Shown piece after piece: positions 21,458 to 31,985 of a DNA stretch of 64,000 nt. The number at the start of each line of letters is the position of its first letter. The stretch's first letter is position 1. Made by a program: the position numbers and the translations under genes. The DNA is from an uncultured Actinomycetota bacterium (GTDB lineage Bacteria > Actinomycetota > Actinomycetes > JAHEKZ01): NCBI GenBank assembly GCA_963829525.1, contig CAWHIJ010000003.1, forward strand, positions 1,696,001-1,760,000, written 5' to 3'. The notes below the pieces were generated by a model. The model worked only from the letters and a program-made list of their open reading frames with translations, did not search any database and was not told the origin of the DNA.

Positions 21458-22803
21458 CCGAGAACAACGAACGCCCGGTCATCGACGTCGCCCTTCCGGT
21501 CGTCGCGGTCGTCGGACGCCCGAATGTCGGCAAGTCAACGTTGGTGAACCGAATCATCGGCCGACGTGAGGCAGTCGTCGAGGACCGACCGGGCGTCACT
21601 CGCGATCGGGTCGCCTATGACGCCACATGGTCGGGACGTGACTTCATCGTTGTCGACACCGGGGGATGGGAACGGGATGCGCGGGGTCTCGCCGCTCGCG
21701 TTGCTGCACAGGCCGAGATGGCCGTCGACGCTGCAGATGTTGTGCTGCTGGTGGTGGATGCCGAGGTAGGCATCACCGATACCGACGAAGCTGTTGTGCG
21801 GGTGCTGCGGCGAGCCAAGAAACCGGTCATCCTGGCGGCCAACAAGGTCGACGACACTCGCCAAGAACTGGAGGCGGCATCGTTGTGGAGCCTTGGTCTC
21901 GGCGAGCCGTTCCCCGTCTCGGCACTCCATGGCCGAGGGTCGGGCGATCTCCTTGACGCGATGCTCGCGGCGATGCCCGAGGAACTGGATGGAACTGCAG
22001 CAGCAGGGGGGCCGCACCGGGTGGCTCTGCTCGGGCGCCCGAACGTCGGCAAGTCGAGCTTGCTGAATCGTCTCGCTGGGGAGAACCGGGTCGTTGTCGA
22101 CTCCGTGGCGGGCACGACTGTCGACCCAGTGGACGAACTCATCGAACTGGGCGGCGAAGAGTGGCGGTTCGTCGACACCGCGGGAATTCGCAAGAGGGTC
22201 CACGAGGCAAGTGGCAGCGAGTATTTCGCGAGCCTGCGTACCAAGTCGGCATTGGCGAAGGCAGAGGTTGCTGTCGTGCTCATCGACGCGAGCGAACCGG
22301 TTAGCGAGCAGGACACCCGCATTCTGTCGCTGGTGGTTGAGGCCGGGCGCGCACTCGTGTTGGCGTACAACAAGTGGGACCTGGTCGATGACGAACGGCG
22401 CTACTACTTGGACAAAGAGATCGAGCGAGATCTTCTGCGCGTTCAGTGGGCCCCCCGAGTGAACGTGTCGGCCGAAACCGGGCGTCACATGGACAAGCTC
22501 GTCCCGGCCATCCACGCGGCACTCGAGGGGTGGTCGACTCGAATACCTACGGCCCAGCTCAATGCGTTTCTGGGTCGGATGGTGGCTGAGCACCCGCACC
22601 CGGTGCGCGGGGGCAAGCAGCCTCGGATCCTGTTCGCCACCCAGGCGGGTAGTAGGCCGCCGACGTTCGCGCTCTTCACATCCGGATTCCTCGAGTCTGG
22701 TTACCGACGCTTCATCGAGCGTCGCCTCCGCGAGGAGTACGGCTTCGTCGGTACGCCCATCCACGTGACGATGAAGGTGCGCGAGAAGCGCTTCAAGAAG
22801 TAG
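21454..22803 (+). CDS. der: Ribosome biogenesis GTPase Der (EngA)
   Basis: Two GTPase domains (GRPNVGKS twice, DTGG/DTAG, NKVD/NKWD). Confidence 0.98.
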   Translation: MTENNERPVIDVALPVVAVVGRPNVGKSTLVNRIIGRREAVVEDRPGVTRDRVAYDATWSGRDFIVVDTGGWERDARGLAARVAAQAEMAVDAADVVLLVVDAEVGITDTDEAVVRVLRRAKKPVILAANKVDDTRQELEAASLWSLGLGEPFPVSALHGRGSGDLLDAMLAAMPEELDGTAAAGGPHRVALLGRPNVGKSSLLNRLAGENRVVVDSVAGTTVDPVDELIELGGEEWRFVDTAGIRKRVHEASGSEYFASLRTKSALAKAEVAVVLIDASEPVSEQDTRILSLVVEAGRALVLAYNKWDLVDDERRYYLDKEIERDLLRVQWAPRVNVSAETGRHMDKLVPAIHAALEGWSTRIPTAQLNAFLGRMVAEHPHPVRGGKQPRILFATQAGSRPPTFALFTSGFLESGYRRFIERRLREEYGFVGTPIHVTMKVREKRFKK

Positions 22804-22835
22804 GCCAAAAGCGCCTCGCGACGAGGGGAGAACTT

Positions 22836-23783
22836 GTGAAGGCGACGCGGTTCGGACGGCCGTTGCCCGCAGGGGGGACCATCGGGGTCTTCGCCCCCTC
22901 AGGTCCCTTCGAGAACCGTAGCGACGTGCTTCGTCCAATCGAGTGGTGGAAGTCGCGGGGCTACGACGTACGGTTGACCGACAGCGTCTGGGCACGTCAG
23001 GAGTACGTCGCTGGCCCGGCGCAAGGCAGAGTCGACGACCTGCATGCGCTGCTGGTCGATGATGAAGTGGCTGCGATCTTCTGTCTCTGGGGCGGCGTCG
23101 GGGCGATCGAGATGCTTCCGCTCATCGACTACAGCCTGGTTGCGGAGAATCCCAAGGCAATCATGGGGTTCAGCGACGTCACCAATCTGCACGCGGCGCT
23201 GTTGAAGCTGTCGGGACTCTGTACCTTTCACGGCCCGGGATTCGGTTCGTTTGGCGCGAGCGATCGAGAAGCGTTCACTCTCGACTCCGCGGTGGACGCC
23301 TTCACCAGGGGAGGCCTTGGCGAAGTGCCTCGGCGTCCTGACGACCAGTACATCCGCGCCATTGCTGGGGGACGGGTGTCGGCACCAATCATCGGCGGAA
23401 ACCTATACACGTTGAACCACTTAATCGGTACCCCGTATGAGGTCGACCTGTCGGGCGCCATCGTGATGCTCGAGGAGGTCGACCTCCGCGCCATCGACTT
23501 TGACGTGATGTTCTGGCAGATGCGTTTGGCTGGCATGTTCGAGAACGTGGCCGGCTTCGTGGTGAGCGACCTGCACGGCTGTGGCCAGCCAGACCCTGAG
23601 GTTGTCGCTGATCGATCCCTTGAGGACGTACTGGAGCAGCACTTGGGATCACTGGGCGTGCCGGTGATCTACGGCCTGCCCCTGGGGCACGGACCGCATC
23701 TGGCATCGATTCCGTTCGGGGTGATGGCCACCCTGGACGCCGACTCGCGCACCCTGACCATCGACGAGCCGGGCGTCCGCTGA
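22836..23783 (+). CDS. Peptidase S66 (LD-carboxypeptidase/MccF-like)
   Basis: APSG, GFSDVT (Ser), GGNL, LEEV (Glu), GHG (His). Confidence 0.9.
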   Translation: MKATRFGRPLPAGGTIGVFAPSGPFENRSDVLRPIEWWKSRGYDVRLTDSVWARQEYVAGPAQGRVDDLHALLVDDEVAAIFCLWGGVGAIEMLPLIDYSLVAENPKAIMGFSDVTNLHAALLKLSGLCTFHGPGFGSFGASDREAFTLDSAVDAFTRGGLGEVPRRPDDQYIRAIAGGRVSAPIIGGNLYTLNHLIGTPYEVDLSGAIVMLEEVDLRAIDFDVMFWQMRLAGMFENVAGFVVSDLHGCGQPDPEVVADRSLEDVLEQHLGSLGVPVIYGLPLGHGPHLASIPFGVMATLDADSRTLTIDEPGVR

Positions 23784-23842
23784 GTGCCGATTCAAGTGAG
23801 CAGCGATGTTGCGTTAGTGTTGGCAGGCCCTCTTGAGGGCAC

Positions 23843-23916
<74 letters not shown>

Positions 23917-23932
23917 CGGTGTTTGTGCACGT

Positions 23933-23970
23933 CAGAGCGGGTGCAGCCCTGCGGGGTCGCACCCGCTCTG
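23933..23970 (+). terminator. Hairpin downstream of tRNA-Pro
   Basis: Perfect 12-bp outer stem cagagcgggtgc…gcacccgctctg. Confidence 0.7.
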
Positions 23971-24133
23971 TCGCGTCTCGAGCAGCGCACTAGCAACGCG
24001 GGGAGAGGCAGCCGTCTCACGCTGCCACTACGGTCACGCAATGGGTCAAATCAACCGGGGCAGACCAGCCCCGAAGATGTGGCAGCGTGAGCCTAGGCGC
24101 AAGCGCGAGAACACTCGAACAGACGGAGTCCTC

Positions 24134-25249
24134 TTGAACACCAACTTGACGACCAACGCCCGACACGCCCTTCCCTCCGACTACTACTACTCGGAGGAGC
24201 AGTACCAGGCGGAGAAGGAGATCATCTGGTTCGAGCAGTGGGTCTACGTCGGACGCGCCGAGACAGTGGCACTGCCGGGGCAGTTCCGCACGGTGGACAT
24301 CGCCGGCGAGAGCATCCTGGTCACCCGAAATGACGCCGGTGATCTTCGAGCGTTCTACAACGTGTGCAGTCACCGCGGCTCGCGGCTGTGCGAGGAGACA
24401 GCTGGCACGACCAAGGAGGTGTTCCAGTGCCCCTACCACGCCTGGTGCTACAACCTGAATGGTGACCTGGTCGTCACGCCGCGCGTCGCCGACGACGAGG
24501 TTGATCGGTCGGTCCTTGGGCTGAAACCGGTGCACGTTGACGAGTGGCAGGGGTTCATGTTCGTCAACCTCACCAGTGGATCACCAGTGCCATTGCGTGA
24601 GTCGATCGATCGTTCCAGCGTGGAGGCGTTGACGTTCGAACGACACAAGATGGACAAACTGGTTACGGTTCAGAGCACCGAGACCTTAGTGGCGGCCAAC
24701 TGGAAGATTCTCGTCGAGAACTACGCCGAGTGCCTGCACTGTCCCATCGTCCATCCAGAACTCGTTGAAATAGTTCCAACATTTCGTACCGGTAGTACCA
24801 GTGACAGCAACAGGGTCGATGGCGGCGTCCTGACTACGACTGGCGGTACCAGTTACTCCCCGGAGTCCAAGGGCCGCAACGCGATCCTTCCCGGCATGAC
24901 CGAGGAACAGGCACACTCGATCTTCGGAAGTCGTGTGTTCCCCAACATGTGGATCGACCTGGCTGGCAGCAACGTGGTGGTTGGTCGCCTCGTTCCCGAA
25001 GGCCCAACCCAGACGCGCGTTCTGATGGACTACCTGTTCTTGGTCGAGGACATCGCATCCGAGGACTTTGATCCTGAGCCAGTCGTCGAGTTTGTCGAAC
25101 TGGTGAATCGCCAGGACTACGCCGTATGCGAACGCGTACAACGCGGGGTCACCTCGCGTGGCTTCAAGCACGGCGTCTACCCAGCTCTCGACGAGTCGGT
25201 CCACGGCTTCAACGAGCACTACCGCAAGGTGATGGCGTCGGGCGCCTAG
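24134..25249 (+). CDS. Rieske non-heme iron oxygenase alpha subunit (choline monooxygenase/GbcA/Stc2-like)
   Basis: Rieske CSHRG…CPYH, mononuclear Fe site ENYAECLHCPIVHP, QD…CERVQRG; TTG at 24134 after GGAG. Confidence 0.9.
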   Translation: MNTNLTTNARHALPSDYYYSEEQYQAEKEIIWFEQWVYVGRAETVALPGQFRTVDIAGESILVTRNDAGDLRAFYNVCSHRGSRLCEETAGTTKEVFQCPYHAWCYNLNGDLVVTPRVADDEVDRSVLGLKPVHVDEWQGFMFVNLTSGSPVPLRESIDRSSVEALTFERHKMDKLVTVQSTETLVAANWKILVENYAECLHCPIVHPELVEIVPTFRTGSTSDSNRVDGGVLTTTGGTSYSPESKGRNAILPGMTEEQAHSIFGSRVFPNMWIDLAGSNVVVGRLVPEGPTQTRVLMDYLFLVEDIASEDFDPEPVVEFVELVNRQDYAVCERVQRGVTSRGFKHGVYPALDESVHGFNEHYRKVMASGA

Positions 25250-25464
25250 CCGTCCTCGATGAATCCGGTTCTGAGTTCAAGAAGCACTCGGGGCATGCGG
25301 CTGCGACGTCCAAACCCCAGTTGGTGCTGGCTCAGCGACTCGAGCTGCCGCCGCGAGTCGCTGAGCCCTCGGAGTCTCACAGGATTCTCACGAACCGGTC
25401 CAGGCGGCGAGCTTGGAAACCGTCCCGACCGCGTTAGCCGTTCCAGGCCGAGCCGAGAGTCCGG

Positions 25465-25630
25465 TCAGTAAATGGCAATGTTGAAGTTGCCGTTGGCCTC
25501 GGTCGTCGTCCCAGGCTGGTAGACGCGGATCTGGATCTGCGACTCGGACGGGCACGGAGCAGCGTCACCCCAGTTGCCCCCGAGGCCGTACACCTCGATG
25601 TCGTGGTGGGAGCCATCCGGCTCGTAGGTG
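25465..25630 (-). pseudogene. Probable 3' fragment of a truncated gene
   Basis: Protein-like C-terminus (YEPDGSHHDIEVYGLGG…QIRVYQPGTTTEANGNFNIAIY*) with high GC3; upstream part is AT-richer with no convincing start; inside islet. Confidence 0.4.
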
Positions 25631-25833
25631 CTGCGCTTCAGCGGCAAACTCTGCTCGGGAGATATCATCAGGTTGATTCTGGAGGGATAACGATCGAAGG
25701 CCAGTAACGGTGCCAATGAGTGCGCAGTTGCATCCGGACACGACCAGATGAGGCGTGTCGTTTGTGGACGATCTCCGTACGGGGCATAACATCTCCATCA
25801 GGCTGGATGCAGCTGCACTTCGTACCCCCTCCC

Positions 25834-25891
25834 GGGGTCAAGGGGTCGCAGGTTCAAATCCTGTCGTCCAGACGATGTTTGTGGAGGTCAG
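25834..25891 (+). repeat. Duplicated 3' half of tRNA-Pro plus trailer (att site)
   Basis: ggggtcaaggggtcgcaggttcaaatcctgtcgtcc identical to the tRNA 3' half; 5' half of the tRNA absent. Confidence 0.9.
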
Positions 25892-26046
25892 GCTTGGCGC
25901 GGGAGGCTCGGGAACGTGGCGACAGGTTCTTCGAGATTCAACTGGAGATTCCAGAGTCAGCGGGGGACGTACGTTTCGGCGAAGCAGACCCCGCTATCGA
26001 CCGTGTCGTTGAATGGTTAATTGACAGGGCAAGAAATAGCAAACCG

Positions 26047-26802
26047 ATGAAGAGCGCTGCAGTCCTAGCTGTCGTTGTTCTTGCTCTTGCCGCGACCCCA
26101 AACGTTCAAGCAGCCACTGCTTGTCTTGAGCCACTTGCTCATCGGGGAGTTCATACCGGCGATGTGGACGAGAACAGCATCACGTCAATCACTCGTATGA
26201 AGAATAAGGGTGCAGCCGAGGTAGATGTTCACATCACCAAGGATGGTTACCCGATCCTGATGCATGATGCCGCAGTCAACCGAACAACTACCGGCAGCGG
26301 ATTAGTGCATGACCTTACTTTGGATCAAATCAAACAACTAGAACTTGAGAAGTCAGGTGAGCAGGTACCCACCTTCCGCGAAGCAGTGAATGCTGCCGAA
26401 CTAGCCAACGTTCGTCTAGTTGTGGACTTGAAGCAGTACCCACAGTGGACACCTGAATTGTTCAGCCGCGTGGGCCAGACTGCAGCCAATGCGGATGTAA
26501 GAGTCTACTTAGGAGGTGTGGGAAAGTTCGCTACCACTGTTCCGACTTACACAACATGGGTGTACTGGCGACCACAAGGAATCCCACCGACACCAATCAA
26601 TGCAGCCGAGTATGGAGCTGACCTGATCCTGGCACGTACTGCGGAATGGACAAGAGATTCTGTCACTGCTGCTGAAGCCGCTGGGTACGTTACTGGAACC
26701 AGATTGACTAACGGTATAGGACCATCGGTCGATCTGGGTGTCGGATACATGCTGACCAATCGTCCACGCAAGGTGATTACGTATTGTCGGTCATTGACAT
26801 GA
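26047..26802 (+). CDS. Secreted glycerophosphodiester phosphodiesterase-family protein
   Basis: Signal peptide MKSAAVLAVVVLALAA…VQA; AHRG, ENS, EVDVHITKDGYPILMHD; visibly lower GC than flanks. Confidence 0.85.
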   Translation: MKSAAVLAVVVLALAATPNVQAATACLEPLAHRGVHTGDVDENSITSITRMKNKGAAEVDVHITKDGYPILMHDAAVNRTTTGSGLVHDLTLDQIKQLELEKSGEQVPTFREAVNAAELANVRLVVDLKQYPQWTPELFSRVGQTAANADVRVYLGGVGKFATTVPTYTTWVYWRPQGIPPTPINAAEYGADLILARTAEWTRDSVTAAEAAGYVTGTRLTNGIGPSVDLGVGYMLTNRPRKVITYCRSLT

Positions 26803-26964
26803 ACACTGAATCATGAATGCCAGGAACACTGACGTCCACACACGGGCGTTCGACTGCTCCTCAGACCTTGAGCTCGACGAGCGCGAAACGATCGTTCTGC
26901 GTCGCGAGCCCGACGGTCGCTGGCTGGGAATCCACGAGCACCTCAGCCCGAGACCGAGCACATC

Positions 26965-27975
26965 ATGAGCGCGGCGGAGCCTGTGCCAGCTGCAGCATCG
27001 GGGGAGGCATCGGGAGAGGGGCCGGTCGGGCCGCCGGATGCCAGGGTCGTACCGCGGTTCGCCGGTCCCGACACGTTCGCCCGGCTGCCTCGCCTGTCCG
27101 ACGTTGAGCGGGCCTCTGTTGCGGTTCTGGGCGTACCGTTCGACTCCGGTGTCTCCTACAGACCTGGCGCCCGGTTCGGGCCCGCCGGCATCCGCGCCGG
27201 GTCGAAGTTGCTGCGTCCGTACCACCCCTTCCTGAACGTTGAGCCGTGGACGGTGCACCAGGTCGCCGACGCTGGCGACGTCGCGGCGAACCCGTTCGAC
27301 ATCCGCGAGGCGGTGGGCCAGGTTGAACGAGCAGCCGGTGAGCTGCTGACCATGGCCGACCACCTGGTTGTCATCGGCGGTGACCACACGATCGCACTGC
27401 CGCTGCTTCGGGCGACAGCCGCGCGTCACGGCCCAGTCTCACTGGTGCATTTCGACGCGCACCTGGACACCTGGGACACCTACTTCGCGATGCCCTACAC
27501 CCACGGAACGCCGTTTCGTCGTGCCGTCGAGGAGGGGCTGCTCGAGCTCGGCACCTCAGCCCATGTCGGTACCCGTGGACCGCTCTACTCCACCGGCGAC
27601 CTCGAGCAGGACCGCGACCTTGGGTTCGCCACCGTCAGCACAATCGATATCGCGCGGCAAGGCGTCGATGCGGCGATCGACCGGGTGCTCGACCGCGTTG
27701 GGAATCGACCGGTATATGTGTCGATCGACATCGATGTCCTCGACCCGGCACATGCGCCCGGCACTGGGACGCCAGAGCCCGGTGGCATGACAACTCGCGA
27801 GCTGCAGATGATTCTTCGCGGTCTGGTTGGGGTCAACCTCGTGGGGGCAGACGTCGTCGAGGTCGCACCTGCGTACGACCATGCAGAACTCACCACTGTC
27901 GCGGCAGCCAACGTGGCCTACGAGCTGCTCGGCCTTTTCGCCCGCCAGTCCCAGCGAACTGAACTTAGGCGGTAA
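26965..27975 (+). CDS. speB: Agmatinase / guanidinobutyrase (ureohydrolase family)
   Basis: [46 protein letters not shown]. Confidence 0.92.
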   Translation: MSAAEPVPAAASGEASGEGPVGPPDARVVPRFAGPDTFARLPRLSDVERASVAVLGVPFDSGVSYRPGARFGPAGIRAGSKLLRPYHPFLNVEPWTVHQVADAGDVAANPFDIREAVGQVERAAGELLTMADHLVVIGGDHTIALPLLRATAARHGPVSLVHFDAHLDTWDTYFAMPYTHGTPFRRAVEEGLLELGTSAHVGTRGPLYSTGDLEQDRDLGFATVSTIDIARQGVDAAIDRVLDRVGNRPVYVSIDIDVLDPAHAPGTGTPEPGGMTTRELQMILRGLVGVNLVGADVVEVAPAYDHAELTTVAAANVAYELLGLFARQSQRTELRR

Positions 27976-28213
27976 CGGTGATCTCGTGTACCTCGTCCGC
28001 CGGGTGCCCGGCGCGCTCGTGGATCTTGCGCACCGCGTCGGCATTGGGGGCTTCACTTAGGCAAAACACGTGTCCACTTTTTGGGTCCGCCCATGCATGG
28101 GTGAAGTTGACGCCCTCTTCGTCCTGGATGTCGAGGTCGGCCTGATGAGCTGCCATCAGTTGGTCGTGAGTCACGCCTGCCATGCTGGTGTGAACGTCCA
28201 TGAACTGGGCCAC
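27965..28213 (-). CDS. DUF4242 / SCO4226-like small metal-binding protein
   Basis: FMDVH…AHQADLDIQ…[26 protein letters not shown]; GTG at 28213. Confidence 0.85.
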   Translation of the reverse strand: MAQFMDVHTSMAGVTHDQLMAAHQADLDIQDEEGVNFTHAWADPKSGHVFCLSEAPNADAVRKIHERAGHPADEVHEITVTA

Positions 28214-28268
28214 GAGAGCTCCCGGAGGTAGGTGCCCGACGATGTCAGGCGGTAGGTGCTCACTTTCC

Positions 28269-29630
28269 TCAGGAATCAGCCCCACGTCTAGGCGATGCCG
28301 ACCAGAACATCAGTGCGTAGCCTGCGGCCAATATCAATGCTGATGTCAACGCTGCCATAGGCACGACTACGAGCGTGGCCGTTCGAAGGGACAGAACTCC
28401 GGCAAAGCCGGCTACGGAGAAGCCCAGGATGCCCAAGAGGGCGAGCGCTGCGCCGAGGGCAACGGCGGCATCACGATGCTTACGGCGCAACGCGACCTCC
28501 GGTATGTGCCACGGGCGTGGGCGCTCGAATCGGCGCAACAGCATGACGACACCGAGCAGAACGGTCGCCATGAGGACGAGCAGAGGTAGCCGAAGCAGCC
28601 ACCACGCTGTCGAACCAATTGGCGGGAAGAGCGGGGCACCTACCAGAACAAGGGCTCCGGTGACCGAGACGATCACGGTGAAGTGCCAGAGGAAGCTGGT
28701 CATGGGTACCCCGTTGGCCGCGATCGTTGCTCGCCAGATCGACGAGTGACCGAGGAGGGCCTGTGTGGGGGAGCGGAGGAGGAGCGCAAGTCCCATCAAC
28801 CAAAACGACAGGGAGAGCAGCGCGACAGATGGCGGTGTCATGTTGGAGACGGACTCTCCCGGAAGTGTCACCATCGAAACGGGGTAGGGGCCCCACACGA
28901 CAAGAAGCATCGTCAGCAACAGACTGCCGAGAGCCGCGCCCGCAACAACTCGACGGTTGCCGAGAGCTGGAATCCGGTCCGCGTAGAAGAATCCGCACTG
29001 GTGCACGGCCAGCCAGACAAATGCAAAGTTGAGGTAACCAATGATGGCCGGAGCATCCATACCGAACCTGAGCACATCAACAGTGACGGTCCCGATTACG
29101 AGGAGTGCCAGTACACGCCACCCCCATCGGCGGTGCAGCATGTACATCGGCGGTGCGAGGGCGACAACGGCCAGGTATATGCCGATGAACCACAAAGGCT
29201 GAGCAATTACGCGCAGCACCATGACGGCGGTCTGGTTCAGATGACCGCTTGCCTCGACGACGACGCCAATTGCCAGACCAGTCACGATGAAGACCAGGGT
29301 CGGCCGGAGCAAACGCTCAGCCCGAGAGAACATGAAATCCGCGTAGGTGCCACCCCGACGCTGGTAGGACGTCCATGCGACAGCGTTCGAGAAACCGCCA
29401 ACAGCGAAGAAGACGGGCATGACCTGAAGAACCCACGTGAGCCACTGGGCCCAGGTGATGACAGTGAGAGTGTTGGTGACCTCAACCGCACCGTCGGCCG
29501 TGACCTCCACACCGACCATGAAGAAGTGCGCGATCATCACGACGCCGAGCGCAACAACCCGGAGCAGATCGACGTACCGGTCTCGATCGACCGGCGTTGC
29601 GGCCGCTAGGTGGCGGCTCGAATAGGTCAT
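28269..29630 (-). CDS. Integral membrane acyltransferase (acyltransferase-3 family)
   Basis: RDRYVDLLRV…H, QVMPVFFAVGG, PLWFIG.Y, SNMTPPS; multi-TM. Confidence 0.88.
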   Translation of the reverse strand: MTYSSRHLAAATPVDRDRYVDLLRVVALGVVMIAHFFMVGVEVTADGAVEVTNTLTVITWAQWLTWVLQVMPVFFAVGGFSNAVAWTSYQRRGGTYADFMFSRAERLLRPTLVFIVTGLAIGVVVEASGHLNQTAVMVLRVIAQPLWFIGIYLAVVALAPPMYMLHRRWGWRVLALLVIGTVTVDVLRFGMDAPAIIGYLNFAFVWLAVHQCGFFYADRIPALGNRRVVAGAALGSLLLTMLLVVWGPYPVSMVTLPGESVSNMTPPSVALLSLSFWLMGLALLLRSPTQALLGHSSIWRATIAANGVPMTSFLWHFTVIVSVTGALVLVGAPLFPPIGSTAWWLLRLPLLVLMATVLLGVVMLLRRFERPRPWHIPEVALRRKHRDAAVALGAALALLGILGFSVAGFAGVLSLRTATLVVVPMAALTSALILAAGYALMFWSASPRRGADS

Positions 29631-29753
29631 ACACACCCCCGACCGAGTCTGCAGCATGGTGAGCGCGAGCGCTCCTAAACGGGTGGGAAGAACGACAGGG
29701 GGACAGAGAACGTTGAACCGGGCTTCTGGGCCCGCCAGGCGGGGCCGACTGGA

Positions 29754-30446
29754 TCAGGGGTGATGAGCAAACCCGGTCTCGGTGTGGCTCCCGTCGCAGA
29801 GCGGTTTGTTCTTGGACGCCCCGCAGCGACACAGCGTCACACGGTTCCGGGACTCCAGCGACACTCGGTCGGAGCGCTCTACTGCGACAGATCCCGTCAC
29901 CCATAGGGGGCCGTCCGGCACCAGTACCACTTCGGCGGGCAACGCTGGCTCTATGTCTGCGCCGTCTGCACTGACCGAGATCGCCCCAGACGGACAGTGT
30001 TGGGCCATCGCGACGAGCTGCGTTGTTCCTGGGGTGTCGAGATCGTCGCGGGCGGCCAGCTTCCACGCGTTGGTGACCTTGTTCGCACAGAATCCCGTGT
30101 GAACGCACAAACCACGGTCATCCTGAAGGGTGACTTCGCCTTCGCCGTAGGACGTCGCACGCGCGGAGCGTAGGCCCGGCTCGGCTGCGTCCTCCGCGAC
30201 GAACCCCACTCTCCGGTGGCTTCCGTCGCAAAAAGGCTTGTTGGCCGAGTGGCCGCAACGACACAGCCAGTACTCACTGTCAGACTCGGCGATGACGCCA
30301 CGCTCACGCCATGCGATCGGCTCGCCTTCGGGCGTCTCCACCACCTCGCGCCAGACAATTCGCCGAATGCCGGTGACATGGTAAGGCCCATTTGGCGTGG
30401 CGGTGACCTTCGGTGGGGGAGGAGTTACATCACCGGCTTCTTCCAT
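29754..30446 (-). CDS. CDGSH iron-sulfur protein with two CDGSH domains and a central divergent ferredoxin-like domain
   Basis: CRCGHSANKPFCDGSH and CRCGASKNKPLCDGSH; central CVHTGFC…CPSGAI. Confidence 0.9.
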   Translation of the reverse strand: MEEAGDVTPPPPKVTATPNGPYHVTGIRRIVWREVVETPEGEPIAWRERGVIAESDSEYWLCRCGHSANKPFCDGSHRRVGFVAEDAAEPGLRSARATSYGEGEVTLQDDRGLCVHTGFCANKVTNAWKLAARDDLDTPGTTQLVAMAQHCPSGAISVSADGADIEPALPAEVVLVPDGPLWVTGSVAVERSDRVSLESRNRVTLCRCGASKNKPLCDGSHTETGFAHHP

Positions 30447-30555
30447 GAGGTGAACGTACCGGCGCCCGGGCACGTCGGCACGCGCAAGGACGTGCTCAGC
30501 CCAGGTTAGGCTCGGCGATGAATGTGGGGCGACTCAGAAGGTGGGGAGGTGCGGC

Positions 30556-31155
30556 ATGACGGAGAGCGCTCCGGAAGAGGTCTCCGGCGAGGTCTTCACG
30601 ATCCCGAACATCCTGTCCTTTCTCCGCTTGCTGCTGATTCCCGTATTCATGTGGATAGCGCTCGGCCCAGAAGACGACACGCTGGCCTTCGGGATACTGG
30701 CGCTCAGCGCTCTGACCGACTGGCTTGACGGGGTCATTGCCCGTCGATTCAAGATGGTGTCGCGAGTCGGCCAATTGCTCGACCCCATTGCAGACCGACT
30801 CTTCGTCGCCAGCACCATCATCGTGCTGGCGCTGCGTGAGATCGTCCCGTGGTGGTTGGTCCTGGTGCTCCTGACGCGCGATGTGGTCATGTTCTTCGTT
30901 CAGCTCTACGTACACCGCCGGGGCATCGAACCGCTACCGGTTCACTATGTCGGCAAGGCTGCTACTGCGTGCCTGTTGTACGGGATGCCCACGCTGTTCC
31001 TCACGACGGGCGACGGTCTCGTCGCCAATATATCGACTCCGATCGCCTGGGCTTTTGTCATTTGGGGAACGTGCATCTACTGGTGGTCGGTGGTCCTCTA
31101 TGTGGAACAGGCATCGGCGGTCATCCAGGGTCGCCGTCTGGAGCTAAGCGCGTGA
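30556..31155 (+). CDS. CDP-alcohol phosphatidyltransferase (PgsA2-like)
   Basis: TIPNILSFLR; DWLDGVIAR…GQLLDPIAD motif. Confidence 0.92.
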   Translation: MTESAPEEVSGEVFTIPNILSFLRLLLIPVFMWIALGPEDDTLAFGILALSALTDWLDGVIARRFKMVSRVGQLLDPIADRLFVASTIIVLALREIVPWWLVLVLLTRDVVMFFVQLYVHRRGIEPLPVHYVGKAATACLLYGMPTLFLTTGDGLVANISTPIAWAFVIWGTCIYWWSVVLYVEQASAVIQGRRLELSA

Positions 31156-31985
31156 CCTCAGGCACGACCACCCCTGCCGACGCGTCGCTGTCTCTGCTGC
31201 GACGGCTCGTCGACGACGCGATGGACCCCGGCTACCAGGAAGCAACTGACCGGGGCGATCGGCGCGGCACTGACTGGCGTCACTCGGTTTCCTTCGGCAT
31301 CGCGATCGCGGTGACGGCGGCGCTTGCCGTTGCCGCCGTTCTGCAGGTCCGGGCTGGGGCACCCGATGAGGGGCGCACCCGGGCCGAACTCACCGAACGC
31401 GTGCTGGACACGGCTTCTTCGGTCGAGGAAATCGACACCACGCTGGGTGGTCTCAACAACGAAGTGAGCATGCTGCGTCGGGAGGCACTAGACGGCTCGG
31501 GCCCTGACCGTGCGCTTGCCGACGAGGTCGCCGCCCTAGAGGCCGAAGTCGGCGTCACCGCTGTAGAAGGGTCGGGACTGGAGGTCGTCTTAGCCGATGG
31601 TCCACCGGCACCGGTCGATGAGGGCGGCCCTGACCTCGCCCGAGTCCTCGATACCGACATCCAGCTTGTCGTAAACGGGCTCTTTGCCGCTGGCGCCGAC
31701 GCAGTTGCGGTTAATGGACAACGGATGACAGCCCTGTCACCAATCCGATCAGCTGGCCAGGCCGTTCTCGTTGGTTTCCGTCCGCTGACTCCTCCCTACA
31801 GGGTCACCGCGGTCGGACCAGGTGACCTGGCTGGAGAGTTCGAATCTGGGCAAGCTGGGTCTGAGCTCGACCAGCTCGAGGTGGCCTACGGAATCCGGGT
31901 CGACGTGCTCCCGGAGGAGAACTTGAGCATTCCCGGCAGTGGTGATCTTCTGCTGAGGTACGTGACTGAGGGGAAAGGCCCATGA
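31152..31985 (+). CDS. DUF881 family protein
   Basis: MDPGY, one TM, coiled coil, DIQLVVNGLFAAGADAVAVNGQR; GTG at 31152 overlaps upstream stop. Confidence 0.88.
   Translation: MTSGTTTPADASLSLLRRLVDDAMDPGYQEATDRGDRRGTDWRHSVSFGIAIAVTAALAVAAVLQVRAGAPDEGRTRAELTERVLDTASSVEEIDTTLGGLNNEVSMLRREALDGSGPDRALADEVAALEAEVGVTAVEGSGLEVVLADGPPAPVDEGGPDLARVLDTDIQLVVNGLFAAGADAVAVNGQRMTALSPIRSAGQAVLVGFRPLTPPYRVTAVGPGDLAGEFESGQAGSELDQLEVAYGIRVDVLPEENLSIPGSGDLLLRYVTEGKGP

Noticed and set aside
21535-22995. 486-aa minus-strand ORF opposite der
   Set aside because: Antisense shadow of a high-GC coding gene; Arg/Pro-rich with no motifs.
22836-23783. S66 peptidase as a microcin-immunity (MccF) marker of a toxin cluster
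   Set aside because: No microcin precursor or adenylating enzyme is nearby; peptidoglycan recycling or general hydrolysis is a simpler explanation.
25834-25873. Second tRNA-Pro gene
   Set aside because: The 5' acceptor strand and D-arm are missing and the acceptor 3' strand is mutated, so it is an att-type remnant.
25720-26046. N-terminal extension of the GDPD ORF shown in the ORF track
   Set aside because: It reads through the tRNA remnant; the signal peptide starts at ATG 26047.
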